DNA of 63,944 nt, filler included, from Octopus bimaculoides (taxonomy: Eukaryota): the NCBI RefSeq assembly GCF_001194135.2. It is 7 parts of 7 records of this genome, joined end to end, with 100 filler letters (N's around TTAATTAATTAA, not from the genome) between each part and the next. Parts side by side here need not be neighbours in the genome. Positions count along the whole stretch, not along the records: positions 10,854 to 25,619 come from NC_068983.1; positions 25,720 to 39,350 come from NC_068982.1; 5 more parts are not named here. One strand, written 5' to 3'. The position numbers and the translations under genes are program-made. This document shows positions 22,623 through 35,704 of the stretch, piece by piece (positions within the stretch are counted from its first letter, which is position 1; the number at the start of each line of letters is the position of its first letter). The notes below the pieces were generated by a model that saw only the letters and a program-made list of their open reading frames with translations, ran no database searches and was not told where the DNA came from.

Positions 22623-22916
22623 CGAGAGAGAGAGGTAAACTGACAAACAAAAGCAGAGAGAAAGATAAAAGTTTATTTTGTTCTGAGACCTACTCGAATA
22701 TATTAAACATCCGACTCAGAAGCAGTATGTAGATAGATAGATAAATAGACAGATATACGGTTTGTTTGTCTAGTCTATGTATGTATATGTTATATATACG
22801 TAGATTAGAGTAATTGACTGAGAGTATAAAAGCACTAAACTGAAAGCCAGAGAGTTGCACACGGTAAAAAAAAATAGAACAAAAGACAATGTTTATTAAC
22901 TTAATCTGTTTTCCAG

Positions 22917-22989
22917 AAAATACCAGTTTAAAAACTGGCAAATTGATCGTATGATTGATCTAAGTGAAAAGCGTTGGTTATAAACACGA
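22917..22989 (+). other. Candidate 73-nt exon (KYQFKNWQIDRMIDLSEKRWL* or non-coding)
   Basis: ttaatctgttttccag| acceptor and |gtgagt donor; all three frames contain a stop. Confidence 0.4.
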
Positions 22990-23119
22990 GTGAGTAAAAC
23001 CCGGAATGGTTGATTAAAGAAAAGAGGTAAAAAAAAAAAATGGAAGACATTTTACGAAGAAAACAAAAAATGGTGATGAGAAGAAAAAATGATTAAATAC
23101 GAACTAGAAGAAATCATAA

Positions 23120-24119
23120 GATAATATTTATCCCCCACTTAAATGTGAATGTTCTATTAGAAAAAAAAACAAACTATTCTGTGGTAAATACCATGAGAGA
23201 AACTTTCGTATTGGTTAGTTGTGCAAAACGCATTCTTATTTATATCGCTAGCGGGGAAATAAACCTCCACCACATTCAGTGCCGACCACCAGTTCACGTG
23301 ATTTCGACCTTCTTTAGTCTTGTCAATGATGGAGGCTCGACCGCTACTGATAGCAGCAATTCTTCCCCTGCCAACGATATATAGAAAAACAATGTCAGAA
23401 CAAGTGCTGGTGTCGCGATTAGCCAATGAGCTTGTTACAATATATATATTAGTGATAGGCGCAATATATATTGTGCGAAAACACTTAAAGCTCCACGAGG
23501 CTCCGGCAGGGGATGGTGGTGAACCCTGCTGTACTCTTCCACCACAACTTTCTCTCACTCTTTCTTCTTGTCTCTGTTGTGCCTGTAATTCAAAGGGTCA
23601 GCTTTGTCACACAGTGTCACGCTGAATATCCCCGAGAACTACNNNNNNNNNNGCTTTGTCACACAGTGTCACGCTGAATATCCCCGAGAACTACGTTATG
23701 GGTACACGTGTCTGTGGAGTGCTCAGCCACTTGCATGTTAATTTCACGAGCAGGCTGTTCCGTTGATCGGATCAACTGGAACCCTCGACGTCGTAAGCGA
23801 CGGAGTGCCAGCAAAAAAATTAGTGATAGAGACAGTATTAATACCAGGAGGTGATATTTATTGCCACTTAAATGTGGATGTTCTGTTAGAACAAGCTATA
23901 CTGCAGTAGATGCCATGAGAGAAATTCTCATATAGGCTTTTGATGCAAAATGCACTCTTGTTTATATCGCTGGTGGGGAGATAAATCCCTACCACCTCCA
24001 ACGCCGAGATCACCACAACACGATCTCCCTTGGGCTTGTTAAAGATGGACGCTCGACCGCTAGAGATAGCAGCGATTTATCCCCGCCAGCGATATATACA
24101 TTAACAGAATAACAGTGCG

Positions 24120-24156
<37 letters not shown>

Positions 24157-24212
24157 AACAGGAATAACAGTGCCAGAACATGTACTGGTATCACGATTAG
24201 CCAGTAAGCTTC
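23120..24212. repeat. Diverged ~320-350-bp direct duplication, each unit containing a ~22-bp inverted-repeat pair
   Basis: Units at about 23120-23435 and 23853-24212; IRs at 23241-23262/23360-23381 and 23963-23986/24075-24096. Confidence 0.8.
23471..23818 (+). mobile_element. SINE family C, 5'-truncated
   Basis: gcgaaaacac..aagctccacgaggctccggcagggg ... cctcgacgtcgtaagcgacggagtgcca; TSD-like attagtgatag on both sides. Confidence 0.9.
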
Positions 24213-24834
24213 CACCATTATCATAAGATAATGATGAAAGAGCGCGATGGTCACATCAGGAAATGATGAGCTTGATACACAACTATAGTCTGAGACATAG
24301 TTGTGTTATCAAGAAGTTGGTTTTCATTTACAAGCTTGTGACAAGAAGTTTGCTTCCCAACCACATGGTTCCGGGTTCAGTTCCATTGCGTGGCACCTTT
24401 TTACACAAGCCTCAAAGAAGGCCAGCTTTGTTGACTTTATTGCCAGATGTTTTTAAAAGCTTGTTGCAGTCATTCCAAGACTTGACGCCCACTTTTGATA
24501 ATTATTTTTAAAAATCAATATAGAATAATTTGAGACTTCCCGTCTAAAAATACCAACTACTCTGCCATCTCAAGAAAAAAGAAAGGAAGGAAGGAAGAAA
24601 GAAAGAAAGAGAGACGCTGGGCAATTTTTTCTTATGTGCAAGGAACCCCAGTACTACATTACCCAGCATCTCTCTTTCTTTCTTTCTTTCTTTCTTGTAA
24701 AGAGTTTTATCTTTTATCATTTCGATGTCGATAAAAGAAGTAGCAGTTGAGCACTTGGGTCGATGTAATCGACTTATCTCCTGTCCTGTGAATGTGGACT
24801 TTGTACCAAAATTCGAAATCAATACTTTTCATCA

Positions 24835-25207
24835 TTGTTGGCACATCGTCGCTTACGACGTCGAGGATTCCAGTTGATCCGATCAACGGAACAGCCTGTA
24901 CGTGAAAATAACGTGCAAGTGGCTGAGCACTCCACAGACAAGTGTACCATTAACGTAGTTCTCGGGGATAATCAGCGTGACAAGGCTGACCCTTTGAATT
25001 ACAGGCACAACAGAAACAAGAAGTAAGAGTGAGAGAAAGTTGTGGTGGAAGAGTACAGCAGGGTTCGCCACCATCCCCTGCCGGAGCCTCGTGGAGCTAT
25101 AGGTGTTTTCGCTCAATAAACACTCACAACGCCCGGTCTGGGAATTGAAACCGCGATCCTATGACCGCGAGTCCACTGCCCTAACCAGTGGGCCATTGCG
25201 TCTCCAC
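24835..25207 (-). mobile_element. SINE family C, full length with tRNA-derived head
   Basis: Minus head gtggagacgcaatggcccactggttagggcagtggactcgcggtcataggatcgcggtttcaattccc; 3' hairpin cgtcgtaagcgacg and (aca)n tail. Confidence 0.9.
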
Positions 25208-25516
25208 TACTTTTCATCATAGGTCTCCACAATCAGATCCAGCCTGTGGCTACACAACAACAACAGCAGCAGTAGGAGCAGCAACAACAACAGCAACAAC
25301 AAACTATGCGAGTGAAAGAAGATGTGGTCCATTAAAATGGATACACCAGTATTTGATGTCTTACTTATTTTATCGACACCCCGCGGTGTCCCTGAAGGAT
25401 ACTGAACGGCAAAGTCAAACAGGGGGATTTGAACGTCTGACTTCAGAACTAAGAGACGTAAATAAAACGAAGCATGCATTAAAAGCAACAAAAAGTAAAT
25501 AAATAAATAAATAAAT

Positions 25517-25619
25517 AGGCGCAGGAATGGCTGTGTGGTAAGTAGCTTGCTTACTAACCACATGGTTCTGGGTTCAGTCCCACTGCGTGGCACCTTGGGC
25601 AAGTGTCTTCTACTATAGC
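25517..25619 (+). mobile_element. SINE family A 5' part (runs into gap)
   Basis: Close match to the family A head. Confidence 0.9.
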
Positions 25620-25719
25620 NNNNNNNNNNNNNNNNNNNNNNNNNNNNNNNNNNNNNNNNNNNNTTAATTAATTAANNNNNNNNNNNNNNNNNNNNNNNNN
25701 NNNNNNNNNNNNNNNNNNN

Positions 25720-26011
25720 GTGTGTGTGTGTGTATGTATGTGTATGTGTGTGCTTGTGTATGTGTGTACTTGTGTGGTTATATGTATGTGTATGTGTATA
25801 TGTATGCTCGTGTGTGTGTGTATGTATGTGTGCATGTGTGTGCACACGTGTGTGTTTGTAAGTGTGTATATGTATGTGTGCTTGTGTGTGTACTTGTGCG
25901 TGTGCATATGTGTATATGGGTGTGTATGTGTATATGTATGCTTGTGTGTGTGTGTGTGTATTTTTGTATATGTGTGTGTAAGTGTGTATGTANNNNNNNN
26001 NNTACATATAC

Positions 26012-26047
<36 letters not shown>

Positions 26048-26591
26048 GATATGTATATGTTTACAGACACATATGCATACACTCACATCGACACACACAC
26101 TCAAACACAAAAGCACACACACCAGGTGTCCCATACCTTTATAATTTCACTGCTTTAATAAATCATGCTTCATAAATGGGACACCTAGTTTCCGCATTTG
26201 CATGTACATGTCTAAGTGCATACACTTACGTATGCTTCTGCACCCACGTGTTGTATATGTTCAAGTGCACTTATGCATAAATAAGATGCGTATTTATGAG
26301 ACGTGTAACAACACACCCTCGTTATAAAATAGCCTGTGTGCTACATAAAAACAACAGCCACACAACATTCAATGAAAGTGATGTGGGAAGGACAGGGTTG
26401 GTAGGATGTGATGGGAGTGTGTAGGACAAAAAGTGGCAATCAAGGAAATTGGTTTCATTTGAAACATGGCTATCAACAATTCTTAGTTAACGGTTTAAGT
26501 TGTGGCCATACATAACAGCCATTACATACTATGAAACCTTATGTTTAACTTGGCTGATAGGGTGGTAGGGTTTCTATTGTATGTGCATGAA

Positions 26592-26634
<43 letters not shown>

Positions 26635-27432
26635 GTATGTGTGTGCTTGTGTATGTGTGTACTTGTGTGGTTATATGTATGTGTATGTGTATATGTATGC
26701 TCGTGTGTGTGTGTATGTATGTGTGCATGTGTGTGCACACGTGTGTGTTTGTAAGTGTGTATATGTATGTGTGCTTGTGTGTGTACTTGTGCGTGTGCAT
26801 ATGTGTATATGGGTGTGTATGTGTATATGTATGCTTGTGTGTGTGTGTGTGTATTTTTGTATATGTGTGTGTAAGTGTGTATGTATGTGTATGTGTGTTT
26901 GTGTGTGTATGTGTGAAAGAGAGAGCGGGTCAGTGTTTGTGCGTGCATGACTGCATGGGTGTGTGTGTGTGTATGTGTATGTATACTTGACAGAATGACT
27001 TTGTCTCTCTGTGTATTGTGTGTGTATATGTGTGTGTGTATTTGTGTGTGTGTGTGTGTGTGTGTTTAAGTGTATCTATATGTGCTTTTTTGCATGTGTT
27101 TGTGAGTGTGTGTTTGTATGTATATTTGAGCGATTTTGTCTATATGCTGAGTGTGTTTATGTGGGTGACTGTGCGTGTGTATGTGTGTGTGCGTGTGTGT
27201 GTGTGAGTGTCTATATGTCCCTATTTGTTTAAATGTGTGTGTGAGTATTTGTGTGTATATGTATGTGGGTGGTTGTGAATTTGTGAATATGTGTGTGAGA
27301 GAGTATGTATGTGTGACAAAGTGCATTGGTGTATGCATGTGTGTGTGTGTGTGTATGTGTGTGTGTTTGAGTGCTTCAAAGGAGAAAGAGTTTAATTGTT
27401 GAATGAAAAAGACAGAGAGAGAGAGAGTGAGT

Positions 27433-27470
<38 letters not shown>

Positions 27471-28710
27471 GTGAGGCTTGAATTTGGTTGGAGAGCAAAG
27501 GGTGCTTGTTGATTAGATGGTTCATAATTTGTTGTTTGTGTTGTTATTGTTTAATTGTTTTCATTCATTCAATCACATGCAATCATACATGCTCACATGC
27601 AGTCAAACATTAGCACACATACATACACACACACAAACAATTACATAAAGACACACACAATCATACATACACAATCATACACACACACATATACACATAC
27701 AGTCATACATACCCACATGCTATCATACACACATACAATTACACTCACATACGGACACATACAATCACATATACTCACACACATACAGTCACACACATAC
27801 ATGAGGTCACACACACACACATTCACACATCCTCACACATACACACACATATTCACACATGCAGTCATACATAATCACGCATAGTCAGACACACATCCAA
27901 CTATACATATAAACACATACAGTCATGCATACACACATACACTCATACACACATACACTCACACATCCACCCACAGTCACGCACGCACATACACACANNN
28001 NNNNNNNACAATCACATATACTCACACACATACAGTCACACACATACATGAGGTCACACACACACACATTCACACATCCTCACACATACACACACATATT
28101 CACACATGCAGTCATACATAATCACGCATAGTCAGACACACATCCAACTATACATATAAACACATACAGTCATGCATACACACATACACTCATACACACA
28201 TACACTCACACATCCACCCACAGTCACGCACGCACATACACACATACAGTCATACACACACAATCACACATACATGCAGTCATACACATGCATACAATTA
28301 CACATATACACATACAGTCACGCATGCACATATAGACATACACTTATACAATCACACTTACACACACACACACACACACGCGCACACGCACACAGAGTCG
28401 CACATCCACACACACAGTCACACATAGCCACCCACTCCCCCATCCCTCTCCCTCACCTCTTTTGTTGATTCTCTCATTTACACCCATTCCATCAGGCTGG
28501 TCATTGGGTTGGTCCAGCCTCACCTAACTCACTCACACCATTCTTAGCCACAGCATTCTACATGTGCACTCACCCACCGCCCACAGAGATGCACACGCTT
28601 ACACACACCCACCCACCCACACACACCCACACACGTACACACTCACGCAGAGTCGCTCATTGTCTCTGCCTGCCTTCCCTCCCCTCCCCCACCACCCACA
28701 CACCCACTNN
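25720..28710. repeat. Large field of cryptic TG/TA and CA simple repeats
   Basis: Mixed dinucleotide arrays; source of the many VCVC/HTHT ORFs. Confidence 0.95.
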
Positions 28711-28960
28711 NNNNNNNNNNNNNNNNNNNNNNNNNNNNNNNNNNNNNNNNNNNNNNNNNNNNNNNNNNNNNNNNNNNNNNNNNGTAATCCCAATTCTGAC
28801 CGATTCATTCAAGTCCGACAAACATTACGTACTTTGATTTCATCGACACACCATCCCCGCACTCTGTCCTATCGCAACTTGCACCCCAACCCCCAAGTTG
28901 ACTGTCACCACTCATCAATGAATCATTTAACTACTACTACTACTACTACTACTACTACTG

Positions 28961-28992
<32 letters not shown>

Positions 28993-29329
28993 TCCTCGCT
29001 ATCCGTCAGCACTAAATCCATATCATTGCCCCCAACTTTAAATTCATACAAGTTGTACAATCTCCGGGCAATGAGGAAGCACCTATGAGGTCACCCACTC
29101 TGCTAAAAATGGCAGCAATGACTCTCTCTCTCTCTCTTTCTCTCTCAAATCTCACACATCTCCCCTCTGTTCTCTTAGAAGAATAAAAGGGCTTCTTGGA
29201 TGATAGGGGTCCTCCTGTACTATATATTAGGAAATAGAATGACAGACAGGATGGTCATGGTCGGAAGGCTGTTGCTACAGGTCCACTCAGTTAGGACTGG
29301 TTTAGCTGACATGGGACTAAACTACTGCT

Positions 29330-29495
29330 ACCACAACCACCACCACCATCACCACCATCACCACCACTAAACAAATTATTTGTCCCATACCACATCGGCA
29401 ATGAATCACCAGTATTATTACAATCACCACTGCCACCACCATCAGATCAATAAAACTCTACTGTTATTACCATGTTCACCGACACCACCACCACA

Positions 29496-29542
<47 letters not shown>

Positions 29543-30300
29543 AACTACCACTACAACAACTACTACTACTACTTCCAACAACATTTCCCCTCCCCCCACC
29601 ATCACCACTACATCACTCGCTAGTGCTGTCATTAAATCAATAACCATCACAACAATAATTACAACCACCGCAAATCCGTCGCCGACACCAGCCACCCACC
29701 CACTACCGTCACCGCTGCCGTCGCCACCGCCACCGCCACCGCCACCATCATCATCATCATCATCACAACTTTTATACACTATCACTAACCAGTAACCCGT
29801 CACATTCATCAGCTGCACCACCAAGCACCAACACCAACACCACCGCTGTAAATCCACAACTAACATCAGTATTACCAAACAACTGCCACCACCTCGCCAC
29901 TGTCGTCCCCAACGCCATCGCCACCATTACCGCGACAGCCATTAGCAGCAGCAGCAGCACCACCACCACCATCTTCAACTCTGCCACCGCCTCCTTCACC
30001 ACCGCCTTTGAAAATTCATAACCATCATCGGCATCATGCTACCAGTGCTACCATCTTTATTGCCACCATCCACAATTGACATTAGTATCACCAAAGAACA
30101 TTACCAAACTACTCATGGCCACCACCACTACCACTACCACCACCACCACCACCACTGCTGCCATCACCATAACTATCACCCCCACTGCTTCTGCTGCCAT
30201 CACAGCCATTGTAAATTCACAACCAAACTTCATTACCATGCTCACTATCACTGTTACAAAATAGCAGCCAAATCTCCCTCATATTGTCATATTGTGGTTG
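29330..30300. repeat. CAC/TAC/CAT/GCC trinucleotide low-complexity field
   Basis: Direct reading; similar fields at 32424-32900, 33660-33830 and 34060-34120. Confidence 0.9.
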
Positions 30301-30574
30301 ACCATTTTTAGAAAGAAAATCAGGCACAGAAACATAAATGAAGGGTGTGATCTTCCCTGGGTAATGCTTTAATGGGGCTGCCACTTTTGGGGTCTGTCGT
30401 ATAAGCCCCGCTGGTGGCAGAGTAAATTCAAAGGTTGCTCTTCAGTGGCACAGCCATTTTTGTTACACCACCTGAAGGGTACATTATAATACTCTTCCTC
30501 ACCAGACACATTGAATAGGAAAAGCAAAATAGTCATTATTATAATGTCTTTGGTTAAAAATGTGACCAGACACA

Positions 30575-30731
30575 GAAGTGGTTGCATGTTAAGAAGTTTG
30601 CTTTCCAGCCGCATGGTCTCTGGTTCACTTCCCACTGCATGACACCTTGTGCAAGTGTCTTCTTCGATAGCCTCGGGCTAACCAAAGCCTTGAGAGTGGA
30701 TTTAGTAAACGGAAACTGAAAGAAACCTGTC

Positions 30732-30768
<37 letters not shown>

Positions 30769-31430
30769 TGTGTGTGTGTGTTTCTGTCTGTGTTTGTCCC
30801 CTACCACTGCTTGACAACAGGTGTTGGTGTGTTTACATCCCCATAACTTAACAGTTCGGCAAAAGAGAGCAATAGAATAAGTACTAGCCTTACAAAGAAT
30901 AAGTCCTGGGGTCGATTTCTTTGACTAAAAACCTTTTAAGGTGGTGCTCCAGCATGGCCAGTCAAATGACAAACAAGTAAAAGAATAAAAGATTGTGTGT
31001 GTGCGTGTGTGTGTGTGTGTGTACACGCACGCTCGTGCATATTTGTGTCTGTCTGTGTCTGTCCTCTACCATTGGTTGACAACCAGTGTTGGTAAGTTTA
31101 CATCCACATGACTTAGCAGTTCAGCAAAAGAAACTAAAAAGGTTTAAAAAATAAGCACTGTACATCTGGGGTCAATTCATTCAATTAGAATTCTTCAAGG
31201 TGGTGCCCCAGCTTGGTCACAGTCTAATGAAACAAGTAAAAGAAAAGGAAAAACAAGGAGTGGCTGTGTGGTAAGTAGCTTGCTTACCAGCCACATGGTT
31301 CCGGGTTCAGTCCCACTGTGTGGCATCTTGGGCAAGTGTCTTCTACTATAGCCTCGGGCCGACCAAAGCCTTGTGAGTGGATTTGGTAGACGGAAACTGA
31401 AAAGAAGCCTGTCGTATATAAGTATATATA
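30575..31430 (+). mobile_element. SINE family A cluster (full copy, 3' fragment, new 5' head)
   Basis: Copies at about 30575-30992, 31040-31245 and 31257-31430. Confidence 0.9.
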
Positions 31431-33069
31431 TATATATATATATNNNNNNNNNNNNNNNNNNNNNNNNNNNNNNNNNNNNNNNNNNNNNNNNNNNNNNNNN
31501 NNNNNNNNNNNNNNNNNNNNNNNNNNNNNNNNNNNNNNNNNNNNNNNNNNNNNNNNNNNNNNNNNNNNNNNNNNNNNNNNNNNNNNNNNNNNNNNNNNNN
31601 NNNNNNNNNNNNNNNNNNNNNNNNNNNNNNNNNNNNNNNNNNNNNNNNNNNNNNNNNNNNNNNNNNNNNNNNNNNNNNNNNNNNNNNNNNNNNNNNNNNN
31701 NNNNNNNNNNNNNNNNNNNNNNNNNNNNNNNNNNNNNNNNNNNNNNNNNNNNNNNNNNNNNNNNNNNNNNNNNNNNNNNNNNNNNNNNNNNNNNNNNNNN
31801 NNNNNNNNNNNNNNNNNNNNNNNNNNNNNNNNNNNNNNNNNNNNNNNNNNNNNNNNNNNNNNNNNNNNNNNNNNNNNNNNNNNNNNNNNNNNNNNNNNNN
31901 NNNNNNNNNNNNNNNNNNNNNNNNNNNNNNNNNNNNNNNNNNNNNNNNNNNNNNNNNNNNNNNNNNNNNNNNNNNNNNNNNNNNNNNNNNNNNNNNNNNN
32001 NNNNNNNNNNNNNNNNNNNNNNNNNNNNNNNNNNNNNNNNNNNNNNNNNNNNNNNNNNNNNNNNNNNNNNNNNNNNNNNNNNNNNNNNNNNNNNNNNNNN
32101 NNNNNNNNNNNNNNNNNNNNNNNNNNNNNNNNNNNNNNNNNNNNNNNNNNNNNNNNNNNNNNNNNNNNNNNNNNNNNNNNNNNNNNNNNNNNNNNNNNNN
32201 NNNNNNNNNNNNNNNNNNNNNNNNNNNNNNNNNNNNNNNNNNNNNNNNNNNNNNNNNNNNNNNNNNNNNNNNNNNNNNNNNNNNNNNNNNNNNNNNNNNN
32301 NNNNNNNNNNNNNNNNNNNNNNNNNNNNNNNNNNNNNNNNNNNNNNNNNNNNNNNNNNNNNNNNNNNNNNNNNNNNNNNNNNNNNNNNNNNNNNNNNNNN
32401 NNNNNNNNNNNNNNNNNNNNNNNTGGTGGTGGAGGTGATGATGTGGTGGTGATGTTGCTGATGGAGTTGACAGCAGCAGTGGTGGTGGTGGTGGTGGTGG
32501 TGGCAGTGACAATATTAGAAGGTGGTGGTTGCAGTGGTATTAATGATATTGGTGGTGATGGTGGTGGTGTTAAGATGGGGATTGACAGAGGTAGCAGGGT
32601 GGGTTCATGATGGGGATGATGATGATGCTGATGGTGTTAACAGAGGTGGTAGAAGTGGTGACAACATTGACATTGATGGGTGGTGGTGGTTACAGTGGTG
32701 GAGGTCGGGGTGCCGTTTGGGGTTGATCATAATGGAGCTTGTAGTGATAATGGCATGGTGATGGTGATGATGTTGGTGATGTCAATGGTAGCTGTGTTAG
32801 CTGATTCCTTATTCTGGGGTCATGACTGCTTATTTCCATGTTCTTCCTTATGCACAATCCACCACCACCATTACCACCACCGCCATCACCACCACCGCCA
32901 CCATCACCACCACCACAAATCTATACTTGGCCAGCATCCTTCACATCCAACCTCTCCTCTCTCAGACATCTCTACAGTCTCATAAAACTCTCCGAGACAA
33001 GGGAGATCCTATGCAGGCACTAGACTAGCTAGAAACAGCAGCCAGTCATCCCTTAAATCATGCCTTACT

Positions 33070-33105
<36 letters not shown>

Positions 33106-33747
33106 AAAATGAATGACGCAGTATTAAATATTTCTAAGATGGAATGCCTGAATAAAACAGGATGATCCCAACTGGAATTTTACTTTGGTTATAGGTCTGG
33201 TCTGATCCAGATCCAAGGATGATCAAGAGGCAGACAAAAACAACTACAACAATGGTAATCCTTTCCAAATTCCAGCACTTAAATATCTATTTCCTTCTCC
33301 TCCTAGATATTATTTATTACCAAGCAGATCCCTTCTTTCTTGGCCAAAATACACAAAATACACTCAAAATTATGTCTATTGTCAGAGAATACATGTCATA
33401 TACTTCTGTATATTCATGTGTGTGTGTGGTGCGTATATGTGTGTGTATGCCTCTGTGTGTGTGTGACAGAGATATGGGGAGAAGGAGAGAAACAGTATCT
33501 CCGTGTGCATGTGTATATATGTATATATATCATCCATTTTTTATAGTTGAAATACAGCTAATGCACTGTATATATCTTTTTCCTATCCCTTACAAAATGA
33601 CCACTGTATGGAATAGTTCCTCCTACCCCTTTACTTCTCCTCCTCCAGCCACATAATACTATCATCTGCACCATGCCACTATGATGTTAACTACTACTAC
33701 TACTACTACCACTACCACCACCACCACCACCACCACCATTGCTGCTG

Positions 33748-33778
<31 letters not shown>

Positions 33779-33779
33779 C

Positions 33780-33811
<32 letters not shown>

Positions 33812-34288
33812 CATTGCTACTGCTGTTGCTATTGTGTCCTGTGACTTCTTCGACTGTTCACTCCTCTGTGTTTTGGACAGTGAGGGAAGCTGACACATCA
33901 GTGATGTTCTTTTAGGACATTTAAACCAATATCACTGGCTTCGTGCTGATTACTCACACACATTTCCAGGCTTTTGAAATATCAGAAAAGAAACTCCAAC
34001 AATTTCCTATTATCTATTAGTCCTCCTGGTGACAAACAAAACAAACCACCATCGCCGCCAACACCGCCGCCACCGCTGCCGCCACTATCACCACCACCAC
34101 TACCACAATTATCATTGTTGTCATTGTGATCTTCGTCAATATCATTAGTCTCAAGGTGGCAGTCTAGCAGAATTGCCAAACCAAAAGAAAATTCCAGAAC
34201 AATCAACAGTTCCATTCTGCCTCAAAATGTTTGGTCTTGCCCCTATGTTAGAAATTATTATTTTTATTATTATTATTATTATTATTAC

Positions 34289-34331
<43 letters not shown>

Positions 34332-34333
<2 letters not shown>

Positions 34334-35285
34334 GGCAGTGAGCTGGCAAAATCCTTATCATGCCAGGTGAAATGCTTAATGGCATTTTGTCCGTCCTTAC
34401 ATTCTGAATTCAAATTCCTTTGAGGTCGACTTTGCCTTTCATCTTTTCAGGGTTGATAAATTAAATACCAGTGGAATACTGGGGCCGATGTAATTGACTA
34501 GATGCCTCTACACAAATTTCAGGTTTTGTGCCTTGAGTAGAAAATATTATTATTATTATTATTGAGCTGGCAGAATTGTCAGCACGCTCGACAAAATGCT
34601 TAGCAGCATTTCATCTGTCTTTATGTTCTAAGTTTAGTTTCCACCATGGTCAACTCTGCCTGTCATCCCTTTGGTGGGGGGGGGGTGATTAAATATGTAC
34701 CAGTTGAATACTGGGGTTGGTGTAATTGATTATTTCCCTCCCCCAAACTTGGTGGCCTTGTGCCTATAATAGAAAGAATCATTATTATTATTAAGGCAAT
34801 GAACTGGCAAAACTGTTAACATGCCAAACAGAATGTTTCGTGGCATTTCGTCATCTTTACATTCTGAGTTCAAATTCTGCCAGGGTCAACTTTGCCATTT
34901 ATCCTTTTGGGGCTCAAGGTAATTAACTTATACTCTCACCCAAAATTTCTGGCCTTACACTAAAATTTTAAACCATTATTATTATTATTATTATTATTAG
35001 GCCTAGTGGCTATAGAAAAAAGGATTATTATTATTATCATTATTATTATTAATGCAGTGAGCTTACGGAATTGTTAGCACGTTGGGTGAAATACTTGGCG
35101 GCAGTTTGTCTGTTTTTACGTTCTGAGTTCAAATTCTGCCAAGATCCACTTTGTCTTTCATTCTATTGAGGTTGGTAAAATAAGTAGCAGTTGAGTACTA
35201 CTGGGGTCAATGTAATCGACTTATTCCCTCCCTCAACTTTCAGGCCTTGTGCCTATAGTAGAAAGGATCATTATTACTATTACTG
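34332..35285 (+). mobile_element. Head-to-tail array of four SINE family B copies joined by (ATT)n
   Basis: Heads at 34332, 34564, 34793 and 35051, each directly after an ATT tract. Confidence 0.9.
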
Positions 35286-35532
35286 TTGATTTCTAATTCA
35301 AGCACTTGGAAAGCAATTTTAAGAAAAGGGACAAGCTGATGCTTTTGATGATCGTATGTAAGAAATGAAATGTAAAGTTGACTCTAGCAGGATTTGAACT
35401 CAGAATGTAAAGAGCTGAAATGAAAATGGAAATTATGGTAAAAAATGTTGCTCAAGATAACATCAAGTTGGACTGAAGTCAGGACCTCATGATTGCAATG
35501 TAAATTTCTTTACCATTCTTACCACATAGACA

Positions 35533-35700
35533 TGGCTGTGTGGTAAGTAATTTACTTCCCAACCACATAGTTTCAGGTTCAGTCCCACTGTTCGGCACCT
35601 AGGCCAAGAGTGTCTTCTACTATAGCTCTAGGCTGACAAAAGCCTTGAGAGTGGATTCGGTATATAGAAGCTGAATGAAGATGTGTGTGTGTGTGTGTGT
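35533..35700 (+). mobile_element. SINE family A 5' half
   Basis: ggctgtgtggtaagtaatttacttcccaaccacatag... Confidence 0.85.
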
Positions 35701-35704
35701 GTAT

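Noticed and set aside
23145-23384. Kelch-like IYIA(S/G)G motif in ORF and its duplicate
   Set aside because: The motif coincides with the inverted-repeat arm, and the second copy is frameshifted with stops.
25720-26890. Near-identical ~270-bp cryptic TG/TA block repeated at 25720-25992 and about 26610-26882
   Set aside because: One copy is a tiny contig between gaps, so it is probably redundant assembly. The same applies to the duplications flanking 10-N gaps at 23603-23692 and 27765-28240.
29447-30311. Mucin-like Thr/Pro/His-rich ORFs
   Set aside because: Frames stay open because of trinucleotide repeats on both strands; there are no splice or homology cues. The same holds for poly-YI, VC, HT, R and S ORFs and all X-filled ORFs spanning gaps.
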